A stretch of DNA of 62,458 nucleotides, from the NCBI GenBank assembly GCA_041742675.1, contig JBGTOG010000366.1, forward strand, positions 1 through 62,458, read 5' to 3'. The stretch is from Gemmatimonadaceae bacterium (GTDB taxonomy: Bacteria > Gemmatimonadota > Gemmatimonadetes > Gemmatimonadales > Gemmatimonadaceae). A program made the translations under genes and the position numbers. A model generated the notes under the pieces. It was not told the DNA's origin. It did not search any database and worked only from the letters and a program-made list of their open reading frames with translations. Positions 55,383 to 62,458 of this stretch are shown here, one piece after another. Numbering within the stretch: the first letter of the stretch is position 1; each line of letters opens with the position of its first letter.

Positions 55383-56308
55383 GAAAAGAAGGAACGAAAG
55401 GTGCGCGCGTCGAGCGCATGCACATCCAGCAGCACCAGGCAGTCCGTGGTACCAAACGCCCGGTCCACCGCGGGCGGACCACACACCCGGGCACCGAGGG
55501 CGAGGTAGCTTTCGAAGAGCGGTGGCAGCGGCGCCACCTGCTGATGTGGCGTGCGGACCGTGCGACCGTCATCCGCGAGTGCGCGCGTGTCATACCGGGG
55601 GCGTACAAACACCGCCTCATGCAGGGCCTTCCGTTCGTGCAGCATGTGCCATGCGTCCTGCGCGATGTGCGAAGCTGTTCCGGGCAGCGAGCAACAGCCA
55701 AATAGATAGCGTTTGCTGTTCCATTGCAGATAGCGCGCCAGCCCGCGCCAGAGCAGCCGCAGCACGCGTCCATTGCGATGGGCGGGCGCCACACAGGCGC
55801 GACCGATCTCCACCGCGTTTTCAATCACGCGCTGCGGCAGTGTCGCGAGCTCAAAGAGCGTCGCGCCGTAGAAGCCGTGACGCGCGGCGGCCATGATGGC
55901 GGTTTGCAGCCGATACGTACCCACCACCTGCCCGCTCTCGCGGTGTTCGATGAGCAGGTGATGAAACGATGGATCGCGCGCGTCCTCGTCGCGTCCCGTC
56001 GCGTCTGCGCCGCTCAATCCCTCGTGCAACTCGCGATTGAAGACGTTGTAGCGCAGTCGTTGTACCGCATGCAGGTCGGTGCGAGTCCAGGCAAAGCGCA
56101 ACCGGTATGGCCCGGCCTCGAGCTGACCCGGAGGAATGCTGTCGGTGAAATGTGGGAACACCTCCGCGTGCATGGTGTCCTGCTCCAACGTGCGCGAATG
56201 CGGACTGGCGGTGCCGATCATGGCTGCGTGCACAGGTTGCTCCGGAGAAGCGTCAGTCAGAACCCGCGTAATGATCAGGCCGTGAGATCGCGGCGTGATC
56301 AAGCGCAT
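55379..56308 (-). CDS. olsB: ornithine N-acyltransferase-like GNAT (hemolysin-like Acetyltransf_5 family)
   Basis: 309-aa ORF. GPYRLRFAWTRTDLHAVQRLRYNVFNRELHEG is the characteristic OlsB N-terminal pattern, and a PlsC-type gene follows. The start may be an internal ATG (56221 or 56173). Confidence 0.78.
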   Translation of the reverse strand: MRLITPRSHGLIITRVLTDASPEQPVHAAMIGTASPHSRTLEQDTMHAEVFPHFTDSIPPGQLEAGPYRLRFAWTRTDLHAVQRLRYNVFNRELHEGLSGADATGRDEDARDPSFHHLLIEHRESGQVVGTYRLQTAIMAAARHGFYGATLFELATLPQRVIENAVEIGRACVAPAHRNGRVLRLLWRGLARYLQWNSKRYLFGCCSLPGTASHIAQDAWHMLHERKALHEAVFVRPRYDTRALADDGRTVRTPHQQVAPLPPLFESYLALGARVCGPPAVDRAFGTTDCLVLLDVHALDARTFRSFFS

Positions 56309-56400
56309 GAAACGTGCTCGTCCCGTCCCTGCAACAGTTCCGTCGCCACATCATCGCGATGTGCGTTGCTTCGCCAGCCGCGGGGCCCCAGTTTTGTTGG

Positions 56401-57162
56401 ATGCCAGCATACGTGGACCCCAGACTCCCTCGCCGCCTGTCAGGCTGGCGCAGCCCCTCCCTTGGGCTTGAAATGCCCATCGTGCACTACGGGTGGGGTG
56501 GGCACCCGGTGTTGCTCTTTCCAACGGCGGCTGCCGACTACTTGGAAAACGAACGTTTCTGGCTGGTGAAGGCTATTGAACCGCTGCTCGCCGCCGGTCG
56601 TGTGCAGGTGTTTTCGATCGACAGCATCAATCGCCTGGCGTGGATGGATCGCAAGCTGCCGGTTCAGGAGCAGGCGCGGCGACAGGCGCTCTACTCGCGC
56701 TACGTGGAGAATGAGGTGGTGCCGTTCATCCGGCACGCCGTGAACGATCCGTCGGCGCGCGCCATTACCACCGGCGCGAGTTTTGGCTGTTTCCACGCGG
56801 CCAACGCACTGTTCCGACGGCCGGATCTGTTCGGCGGATTGATTGGTATGAGCGGGTTCTACGATCTGTCGCCGAGTTACTTCACAGGATTCAGCAACGA
56901 GGACGCGTACTTCAACAATCCGATGTGGTACGTGGCCAACCTCGAAGGCGGACCGCTCGATACGCTCCGACATCATTCGCGAGTTGCGCTGGTGGCTGGT
57001 CAGGGCGCGTACGAAGCACCGGATGCAACGCGAACATTTCACGACCTGCTGGATCGCAAAGGCATCGGCCACGTCTTCGATTTGTGGGGACACGACGTGA
57101 ATCATGACTGGCCGTGGTGGCGCAAGATGTTGCCACACTATCTGGAGCGACTGGGATGCTGA
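56401..57162 (+). CDS. esterase-family alpha/beta hydrolase (putative esterase family)
   Basis: The ORF is open from 56314. ATGs at 56401 or 56473 are possible starts. WRSPSLGLEMPIVHYGWGGHPVLLFPTAAADYLENE...VFSIDSIN and GASFGCFHA (nucleophile elbow GxSxG) are present. Confidence 0.7.
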   Translation: MPAYVDPRLPRRLSGWRSPSLGLEMPIVHYGWGGHPVLLFPTAAADYLENERFWLVKAIEPLLAAGRVQVFSIDSINRLAWMDRKLPVQEQARRQALYSRYVENEVVPFIRHAVNDPSARAITTGASFGCFHAANALFRRPDLFGGLIGMSGFYDLSPSYFTGFSNEDAYFNNPMWYVANLEGGPLDTLRHHSRVALVAGQGAYEAPDATRTFHDLLDRKGIGHVFDLWGHDVNHDWPWWRKMLPHYLERLGC

Positions 57163-58538
57163 GACGCGTGACGTGGCCGGTGCGGACGGTGTCCATGCCG
57201 TCTGCGTTCGAGAGGCGTACTGTGTTTATGCTGTGTGCGTCGGGCAGGCTGACCGCGTGGCACTCGATCGTCGCGGCGACATGCGCCTGTCTGCTCGCGA
57301 TGTCCGCACTGTCGGCGCAGGTGCGACCGGCTGCACAGCCACTGCGAACCGCCGACCTCGACATCCGACTCGCGCACGTCCGCACACTACTGAAGGCGGT
57401 GCCGCTGGTGGACGGGCACAACGACCTGCCGTGGGTGATGCGGCGCTTTGCGGACGCACCGCTCGATGTCGTGGCGTATGATCTGAACAAGCCCACACCG
57501 GGGCACACGGATCTTGCACGCCTGCGCACCGGCGGCGTGGGCGGACAGTTCTGGTCAGTCTATGTACCCGGTGATGTGGCCGATTCCGGCTACGCGCGTG
57601 TGCAACTCGAACAGATCGATGTCGCTCGCCGAGTAATCGCGCGGTACCCGAAGGACCTGCAGTGGGCACTGACGGCGCAGGCCATTCGCACTGCACACCG
57701 CGACGGACGCATCGGCTCGGTGCTGGGCATGGAAGGCGGTCACGTGATCGAGAATTCGTTGGGTGCACTGCGTGTGTACTACGATCTGGGTGCACGCTAC
57801 ATGACGCTTACGCACAACGTCACACTCGACTGGGCAGATGCGGCGGGCGATGTACACAGGCACGGCGGACTTACCGCGTTCGGACGCGAAGTCGTGCGAG
57901 AGATGAATCGGCTCGGCATGCTCGTGGACCTGTCACATGTCTCACCGGCGGTCATGAGTCACGCGCTCGATGTCAGTGATGCCCCCATCATCTTTTCGCA
58001 TTCCAATGCGCGTGCGCTCACGGACGTACCGCGCAATGTGCCGGACAGTATTCTTGCGCGGCTGCCAGCCAATGGTGGTGTGGTCATGGTGACGTTTGTG
58101 CCTGGCTTTGCATCGCAGCGCGTGGCCGACTGGAACAAGCGCCTCGATGTCGTGCGCACTGCGGCCGCGGGTGATGCGGACGCGCAGTTCCGCGCCGTAG
58201 CAGCGTTTCGAGAACGGGATCCGCTGCCGCGTGCAACCTTGTCAGACGTGGCGGACCATCTCGACCACATCAAGCGAGTCGCCGGTGCAGCGCATGTCGG
58301 ACTGGGTGGCGACTACGATGGCATCACGGATGTGGTGCAGGGACTTGAGGATGTGTCACGCTATCCGGATCTGCTCGCCGAGTTGCTGAAGCGCGGCTGG
58401 ACCGACACGGAGCTCAAAGGATTGATTGGTGACAATATCCTTCGTGTCATGGCGCGCGCTGAAGGCGTCGCTGCACGTTTGCAGCGAGAGCGTCCGGCAT
58501 CGACGAAAACCATCCAGGAACTTGATGGGCGACGCTAG
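57156..58538 (+). CDS. membrane dipeptidase (peptidase M19), secreted or anchored
   Basis: The ATG at 57156 overlaps the upstream stop (ATGCTGA). Motifs are VDGHNDLPW, GGQFWSVYVP, MTLTHN, VDLSHVS, IFSHSNARAL and GLGGDYDG. Confidence 0.9.
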   Translation: MLRRVTWPVRTVSMPSAFERRTVFMLCASGRLTAWHSIVAATCACLLAMSALSAQVRPAAQPLRTADLDIRLAHVRTLLKAVPLVDGHNDLPWVMRRFADAPLDVVAYDLNKPTPGHTDLARLRTGGVGGQFWSVYVPGDVADSGYARVQLEQIDVARRVIARYPKDLQWALTAQAIRTAHRDGRIGSVLGMEGGHVIENSLGALRVYYDLGARYMTLTHNVTLDWADAAGDVHRHGGLTAFGREVVREMNRLGMLVDLSHVSPAVMSHALDVSDAPIIFSHSNARALTDVPRNVPDSILARLPANGGVVMVTFVPGFASQRVADWNKRLDVVRTAAAGDADAQFRAVAAFRERDPLPRATLSDVADHLDHIKRVAGAAHVGLGGDYDGITDVVQGLEDVSRYPDLLAELLKRGWTDTELKGLIGDNILRVMARAEGVAARLQRERPASTKTIQELDGRR

Positions 58539-58571
58539 TCGCGACTCACCGAACAAACAGGAGATGTCTGC

Positions 58572-59219
58572 ATGCTTCGCACACTCGCTCCATTACTGCT
58601 CGCTCTCAGCGGTGTATTAATCGCCGCCCCCGGCGCGACCGCACAACAGGGCGGCGCGGCGCCTCGTCCCGCTGTGCCGACGGCGTCCGCCAGTACGCAC
58701 GCGGTGGTTGAAGTGCGGCTGAACGGTCGCGTGATTGTCGGTCGCTGGTTTCCCACGGCGACAGCGCTGGCCGGCCCAGCGGTCATTCGGGTGGAATACG
58801 GACAGCCGCACGCACGCGGTCGAACCGTCATGGGCAGCAACCTTGTGCCGATGGATAGTGTGTGGCGATTTGGCGCCAATCTGGCCACACACTTCACAAC
58901 CGATGTCGATCTCGAACTGGGGAGCACGCGCATTGCACGTGGTACGTATACGCTCTTTACCAAACCATCGGCGCGTGGCTGGGAGCTGATCATCAGCCGG
59001 CAGACGGGCCAGTGGGGCACGGACTACGATCCGGCGCATGATGTAGCCCGTGTGCCGCTCACCTTGCGCACGCTGAATGATGCGATCGAGAGCTTCACCA
59101 TCTGGCTCGTTCCCAACGTCACGCCGCAAGGTCAGCCGCCCGAAGCAGCCGCGGGCGTGCTGCGATTCGCGTGGGAGCGCACTGAGCTCTCGGTTCCGTG
59201 GCGCGTGGTGATGCCGTGA
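58572..59219 (+). CDS. DUF2911-family secreted protein
   Basis: 215-aa ORF with signal MLRTLAPLLLALSGVLIAAPGATAQ. It shows the DUF2911 pattern: YGQPHARGRTVMGSNLVPMDSVWRFGANLATHFTTDVDL, GTYTLF and WELIISRQTGQWG. Confidence 0.8.
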   Translation: MLRTLAPLLLALSGVLIAAPGATAQQGGAAPRPAVPTASASTHAVVEVRLNGRVIVGRWFPTATALAGPAVIRVEYGQPHARGRTVMGSNLVPMDSVWRFGANLATHFTTDVDLELGSTRIARGTYTLFTKPSARGWELIISRQTGQWGTDYDPAHDVARVPLTLRTLNDAIESFTIWLVPNVTPQGQPPEAAAGVLRFAWERTELSVPWRVVMP

Positions 59220-59344
59220 CTGACCGCGCTTCGTCCCTGATGGGATGCCCTTGGTGATCTGCTTCCGTGCGCGATGCTGGCTGCTGACCTACGTTGACGC
59301 AACCACATAGAACCGTATCCTCGTCGCCTCGTGCGGAGTGTTGC

Positions 59345-60511
59345 ATGACTGTAGACCGTCGCAGGTTCCTGAAAACTGGCGCACTCCTTGGCGGGGCATT
59401 GGGTGTTGGCGGCTTTCCCGCCCTGGCTGGTGCGAACCCGGCAAGCACACTTCGCGAGATACCGGACGGAGCGCGTCAGCGCCGCGCCGCGCCACTGCGC
59501 ATTCTGATTCTCGGCGGCACCGGATTCATTGGTCCGGCGCAGGTGGAGTACGCGATTGCACGCGGACACACCGTGACCCTGTTCAACCGCGGACGCACCA
59601 ATCCAACGCTCTTCCCGAACGTTGAAAAACTCGTCGGGGATCGCAATGCGCCAGACGGCTACGACGCGCTCAAGGGCAATCGTCAGTGGGATGTTGTCAT
59701 TGACAACCCCACCACGTTTCCGCGCTGGGTACGTGGAGCCGCCGATGCACTGGTGGGTCGCACGCAGCACTACATGTATGTGTCCACCATCAGCGTGTTC
59801 CGCGACTACTCCTCGGTTGGAATCGACGAAGACGGACCGCTGCACGAGGCGGGCGATCCCGAGGCCACGCAGATGACCGGGCAGGGTCCCGCGTCGTACG
59901 GCGCGCTCAAGGTGCGATCGGAGATGGATGCTCGCGAGCGATTTGGCGCCAACACGACGGTTGTGCGCCCCGGGCTGATTGTTGGTCCCGGAGACCTGAG
60001 CGACCGCTTTTCCTACTGGCCCGTGCGCATCGAAAAAGGGGGCGAGGTGCTCGCACCGGGCACGCCAGACGACCCCACGCAATACGTGGATGCGCGCGAT
60101 CTGGGTGAGTGGATGATCCGTCTCGCGGAGGAGAAACGGTATGGTACGTTCAATGCGACCGGGCCCAGCACTCCCACGACGATGGCAGAGATGCTCTACG
60201 GCATCAAGGCGGTCACCACGAGCGATGCCACCTTTACGTGGGTCAACGCTGACTTCCTGCAGGCCAATCAGGTGGCCGGTTGGAGCGAGATGCCCGTGTG
60301 GCTTCCGCCGCGCGGCGCCACAGCGGGCTTCATGCGCATCGAGTGCAGCAAGGCCTACGCGGCGGGGCTCACGTTCCGTCCGCTCGCCGACACGGCTCGA
60401 GATACGCTGGCGTGGTATCACACTCGGCCGGCCGAGCAGCAGGCGCGGTTGCGGGCCGGAATCGCGCCGGAGAAGGAGGCGACAGTGCTGGCCGCCTGGC
60501 GCGCGCGCTGA
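59345..60511 (+). CDS. Tat-signal NAD(P)-binding epimerase/dehydratase-family (extended SDR) protein
   Basis: The ATG at 59345 gives MTVDRRRFLKTGALLGGALGVGGFPALAGA. The Rossmann motif ILILGGTGFIGPAQVEYAIARGHTVTLFNRG follows. Confidence 0.8.
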   Translation: MTVDRRRFLKTGALLGGALGVGGFPALAGANPASTLREIPDGARQRRAAPLRILILGGTGFIGPAQVEYAIARGHTVTLFNRGRTNPTLFPNVEKLVGDRNAPDGYDALKGNRQWDVVIDNPTTFPRWVRGAADALVGRTQHYMYVSTISVFRDYSSVGIDEDGPLHEAGDPEATQMTGQGPASYGALKVRSEMDARERFGANTTVVRPGLIVGPGDLSDRFSYWPVRIEKGGEVLAPGTPDDPTQYVDARDLGEWMIRLAEEKRYGTFNATGPSTPTTMAEMLYGIKAVTTSDATFTWVNADFLQANQVAGWSEMPVWLPPRGATAGFMRIECSKAYAAGLTFRPLADTARDTLAWYHTRPAEQQARLRAGIAPEKEATVLAAWRAR

Positions 60512-60536
60512 GCGAAGTTTGCGCAATCGCCGCGAC

Positions 60537-60566
60537 TTGACAGCGTTAGGTTAACGTTGTTAGATA
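60537..60566 (+). promoter_or_regulatory. candidate sigma70-like promoter of the TetR gene (TTGACA-N18-TAGATA) overlapping a GTTAAC-centred motif
   Basis: TTGACA lies at 60537-60542 and TAGATA at 60561-66. The ATG is at 60573, so the leader would be very short. This rests on pattern match only. Confidence 0.3.
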
Positions 60567-60572
60567 GCCATT

Positions 60573-61235
60573 ATGAGCGCGCCAAGTCACACCCAGCCCC
60601 CCGGATCAGCCGCCCGCCGCGAACGGCAGAAGGAAGCCACGCGCAGCCGAATTCTTGATGCGGCGCGTGAGCTGTTCGTCGCCAACGGCGTCGAGGCGAC
60701 CACCATGCGCGCCATTGCTGCGCGCATCGATTACACGCCCACCGCGATCTACCATCACTTCCGCGACAAGGAAGCGCTGATTGAGGAGCTGTGCTACGTC
60801 GACTTCCGGGCACTTGCGACCGCCCTGATCCGAATCGGGGAGATCGCCGATCCGTTGGAAAGGATCCGGCGAATGGGAATGGCATACGCTGACTTTGGCT
60901 TCGACAACAAGAGCCAGTATCAGTTCATGTTCATGACACAAACGAGCCACATGCCAAAGGATCCGGCAAGAGTTGAGAAGAATAACCCGGAGCAGGACGC
61001 CTACGGCTTTCTTGTGCTGACCGTCGAAGAAGGGCTCAAGAAAGGACTCTTTCGGCCTGAGTTCCAGGATGAGCACCAACTTGCCCAGCTGCTCTGGAGC
61101 GGGCTGCACGGCCTCATCTCGCTCTACATCGCCAAGGCAGATGACCCCTGGATTACCTGGCGCGACCCGCGAACCACCGTTCGGCTCGCTATTGATGTGA
61201 TGATCCGCGGCACACGCAGACAGGACCTCGCCTGA
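60573..61235 (+). CDS. TetR/AcrR-family transcriptional regulator
   Basis: 220-aa ORF. The N-terminal HTH is RSRILDAARELFVANGVEATTMRAIAARIDYTPTAIYHHFRDKEAL. Confidence 0.9.
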   Translation: MSAPSHTQPPGSAARRERQKEATRSRILDAARELFVANGVEATTMRAIAARIDYTPTAIYHHFRDKEALIEELCYVDFRALATALIRIGEIADPLERIRRMGMAYADFGFDNKSQYQFMFMTQTSHMPKDPARVEKNNPEQDAYGFLVLTVEEGLKKGLFRPEFQDEHQLAQLLWSGLHGLISLYIAKADDPWITWRDPRTTVRLAIDVMIRGTRRQDLA

Positions 61236-61245
61236 TCACCCGCCA

Positions 61246-61270
61246 GCCCCGCACTCGCGGGGCTCTCTTT
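61246..61270 (+). terminator. weak candidate intrinsic terminator after the TetR gene
   Basis: CCCGC-actc-GCGGG stem-loop at 61249-61262 followed by ctctcttt. The stem is short and the T-tract poor. Confidence 0.25.
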
Positions 61271-61279
61271 CGCCCTGAC

Positions 61280-61293
61280 GGTTAACGCTGTTA
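61280..61293 (+). promoter_or_regulatory. second copy of the GGTTAACGYTGTTA motif, 13 nt upstream of the TolC-like gene
   Basis: GGTTAACGCTGTTA at 61280-61293 versus GGTTAACGTTGTTA at 60549-60562, 13/14 identical. Confidence 0.4.
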
Positions 61294-61305
61294 CGCCACC
61301 GATCA

Positions 61306-62458
61306 ATGTTCTACGCCATTCGTACGCTGCTACCCTACGTGGCTCTGACGTTCCTCGCGCTGAGTACGGCGCTCGCCGCCCGACCCGCGCAAGCCCAATC
61401 AGCCGCCGACATCCTCGACGACCTCGTGCGCGTCGCACTCGAGCGCAATCTCGCGCTCGAGCAACAGCGCCTCACCGCCCAGCAAAGCGCGAGCGGCGTG
61501 CGACAGGCGCGCGGTGTGCTGCTGCCCACACTCGCCGTCGACGCGCGCTACTCCGAGTTCAGCGGCGTCGTGAACATCGGCGAGTTCATCAACCCGGCGT
61601 ACGCCGCGTTGAATCAACTGATCGGGCAGGACGTCTTCCCCACCAACATCACCGCGACGCTCCCGTTCCGACAGGAAACGCGACTGCGGGCCACCCAGCT
61701 GCTGTACAATCAGGGGGCGATCGAGCAGTGGCGACTGGCGCGCACGTTGCACGGAGTCAGTCGCGCGCAGCAGGAACTGGCCGCGCGACAAACCGCCGCC
61801 GATGTGCAGCTCGCCTGGCTTGCACTCGCCGGGGCAACGCGCGTCATCGATGTGTACGAATCATCGCTCGCGGTGCTCGCCGAGAACGAGCGCGTGGCAG
61901 ACCGACTGGTGGCCAATGGACAAGGCACGGCTGACGCGGTCTTCCGCGCCCGTGCCGACCGCGCTGATCTGGCGCAGCAACTCGCCAACGCCGAACAGCA
62001 ACGGGACGGAGCGCGACGCCTGCTCAATGCGATGCTGGATCGTGATCCCGACACTCCGATTGCCGTGGTGGATGACAGCTCGCTGGTGCGTGCGCTACCA
62101 ACAGATCGTGAGGCCACGCTGCAGGATGCACTCCGGCGACGAGAAGAACTCGAACAGGCGGCACTCGGTGTGAGTGCCGCGGAACGTCAGGTGCGACTGG
62201 CATCGTCCGCATTCCTGCCGAGTGTCGCACTGGCCGCAGATTGGGGCATTCAGGGTGATCGCTACCGCTTCGATGGTACGGGCAACGTGGCGGTGGCATC
62301 AATTGTCCTGCAATGGAATCTGTTCAATGGCGGTCAGGATGCGTCACGCCGTGAACAGGCCGCGCTGGAGCGACGCAAGGCACAACTGCGACAGCGCGAG
62401 GCGGAGCGGCAGATCAGTGTGCAGGTGGCGCAGGCGTGGGACGCGGCGCGCGTTGCCG
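61306..62458 (+). CDS. TolC-family outer-membrane efflux protein, 3'-truncated by the window edge
   Basis: My own translation from the ATG at 61306 is MFYAIRTLLPYVALTFLALSTALAARPAQAQSAADILDDLVRVALERNLALEQQRL... The frame stays open to the window end. The repeat-helix pattern is typical of OEP/TolC proteins. Confidence 0.85.
   Translation, partial: MFYAIRTLLPYVALTFLALSTALAARPAQAQSAADILDDLVRVALERNLALEQQRLTAQQSASGVRQARGVLLPTLAVDARYSEFSGVVNIGEFINPAYAALNQLIGQDVFPTNITATLPFRQETRLRATQLLYNQGAIEQWRLARTLHGVSRAQQELAARQTAADVQLAWLALAGATRVIDVYESSLAVLAENERVADRLVANGQGTADAVFRARADRADLAQQLANAEQQRDGARRLLNAMLDRDPDTPIAVVDDSSLVRALPTDREATLQDALRRREELEQAALGVSAAERQVRLASSAFLPSVALAADWGIQGDRYRFDGTGNVAVASIVLQWNLFNGGQDASRREQAALERRKAQLRQREAERQISVQVAQAWDAARVA

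Noticed and set aside
59132-60526. A 464-aa minus-strand ORF
   Set aside because: It is entirely antisense to the Rossmann-fold SDR gene, which has clear motifs. Its translation is Arg/Gly/His-rich junk.

Overview
All family assignments come from motifs I recognise in the supplied translations; no searches were run. This is a high-GC (roughly mid-60s % by eye) bacterial chromosomal segment. Several families suggest a Gemmatimonadota/Acidobacteriota-like organism, which is inference only: ELGGGGMSRVF-type Ser/Thr kinase, CarboxypepD_reg-fronted TonB receptor, DUF2911, Tat-exported TldD/PmbA, and secreted beta-propeller paralogues. I can support about 44 CDS, densely packed, with many 1-8 nt start/stop overlaps. 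I saw no rRNA, tRNA, CRISPR array, transposase or integrase. Most content is housekeeping: ppc, argG, hemA/hemH/ctaA, recCBD, rsmD and olsBA. The standout sits at the window centre, about 23.0-31.2 kb, and is a compact cyanophycin locus. On the minus strand it carries cphB, cphA, and a cphA paralogue that keeps the N-terminal and Mur-ligase-like domains but lacks the ATP-grasp core. Divergent from these are iadA (isoaspartyl dipeptidase) translationally coupled to a class-III omega-aminotransferase. A GAF-GGDEF protein follows, with a degenerate active site (GADDF) but an intact RxxD I-site. The synthetase, cyanophycinase and dipeptidase are known; the truncated paralogue and the coupled aminotransferase have no role I can assign and are my best candidates for undescribed biology. 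Secondary observations are listed separately in the findings. Many long ORFs in the six-frame track are antisense artefacts typical of high-GC DNA and were rejected.
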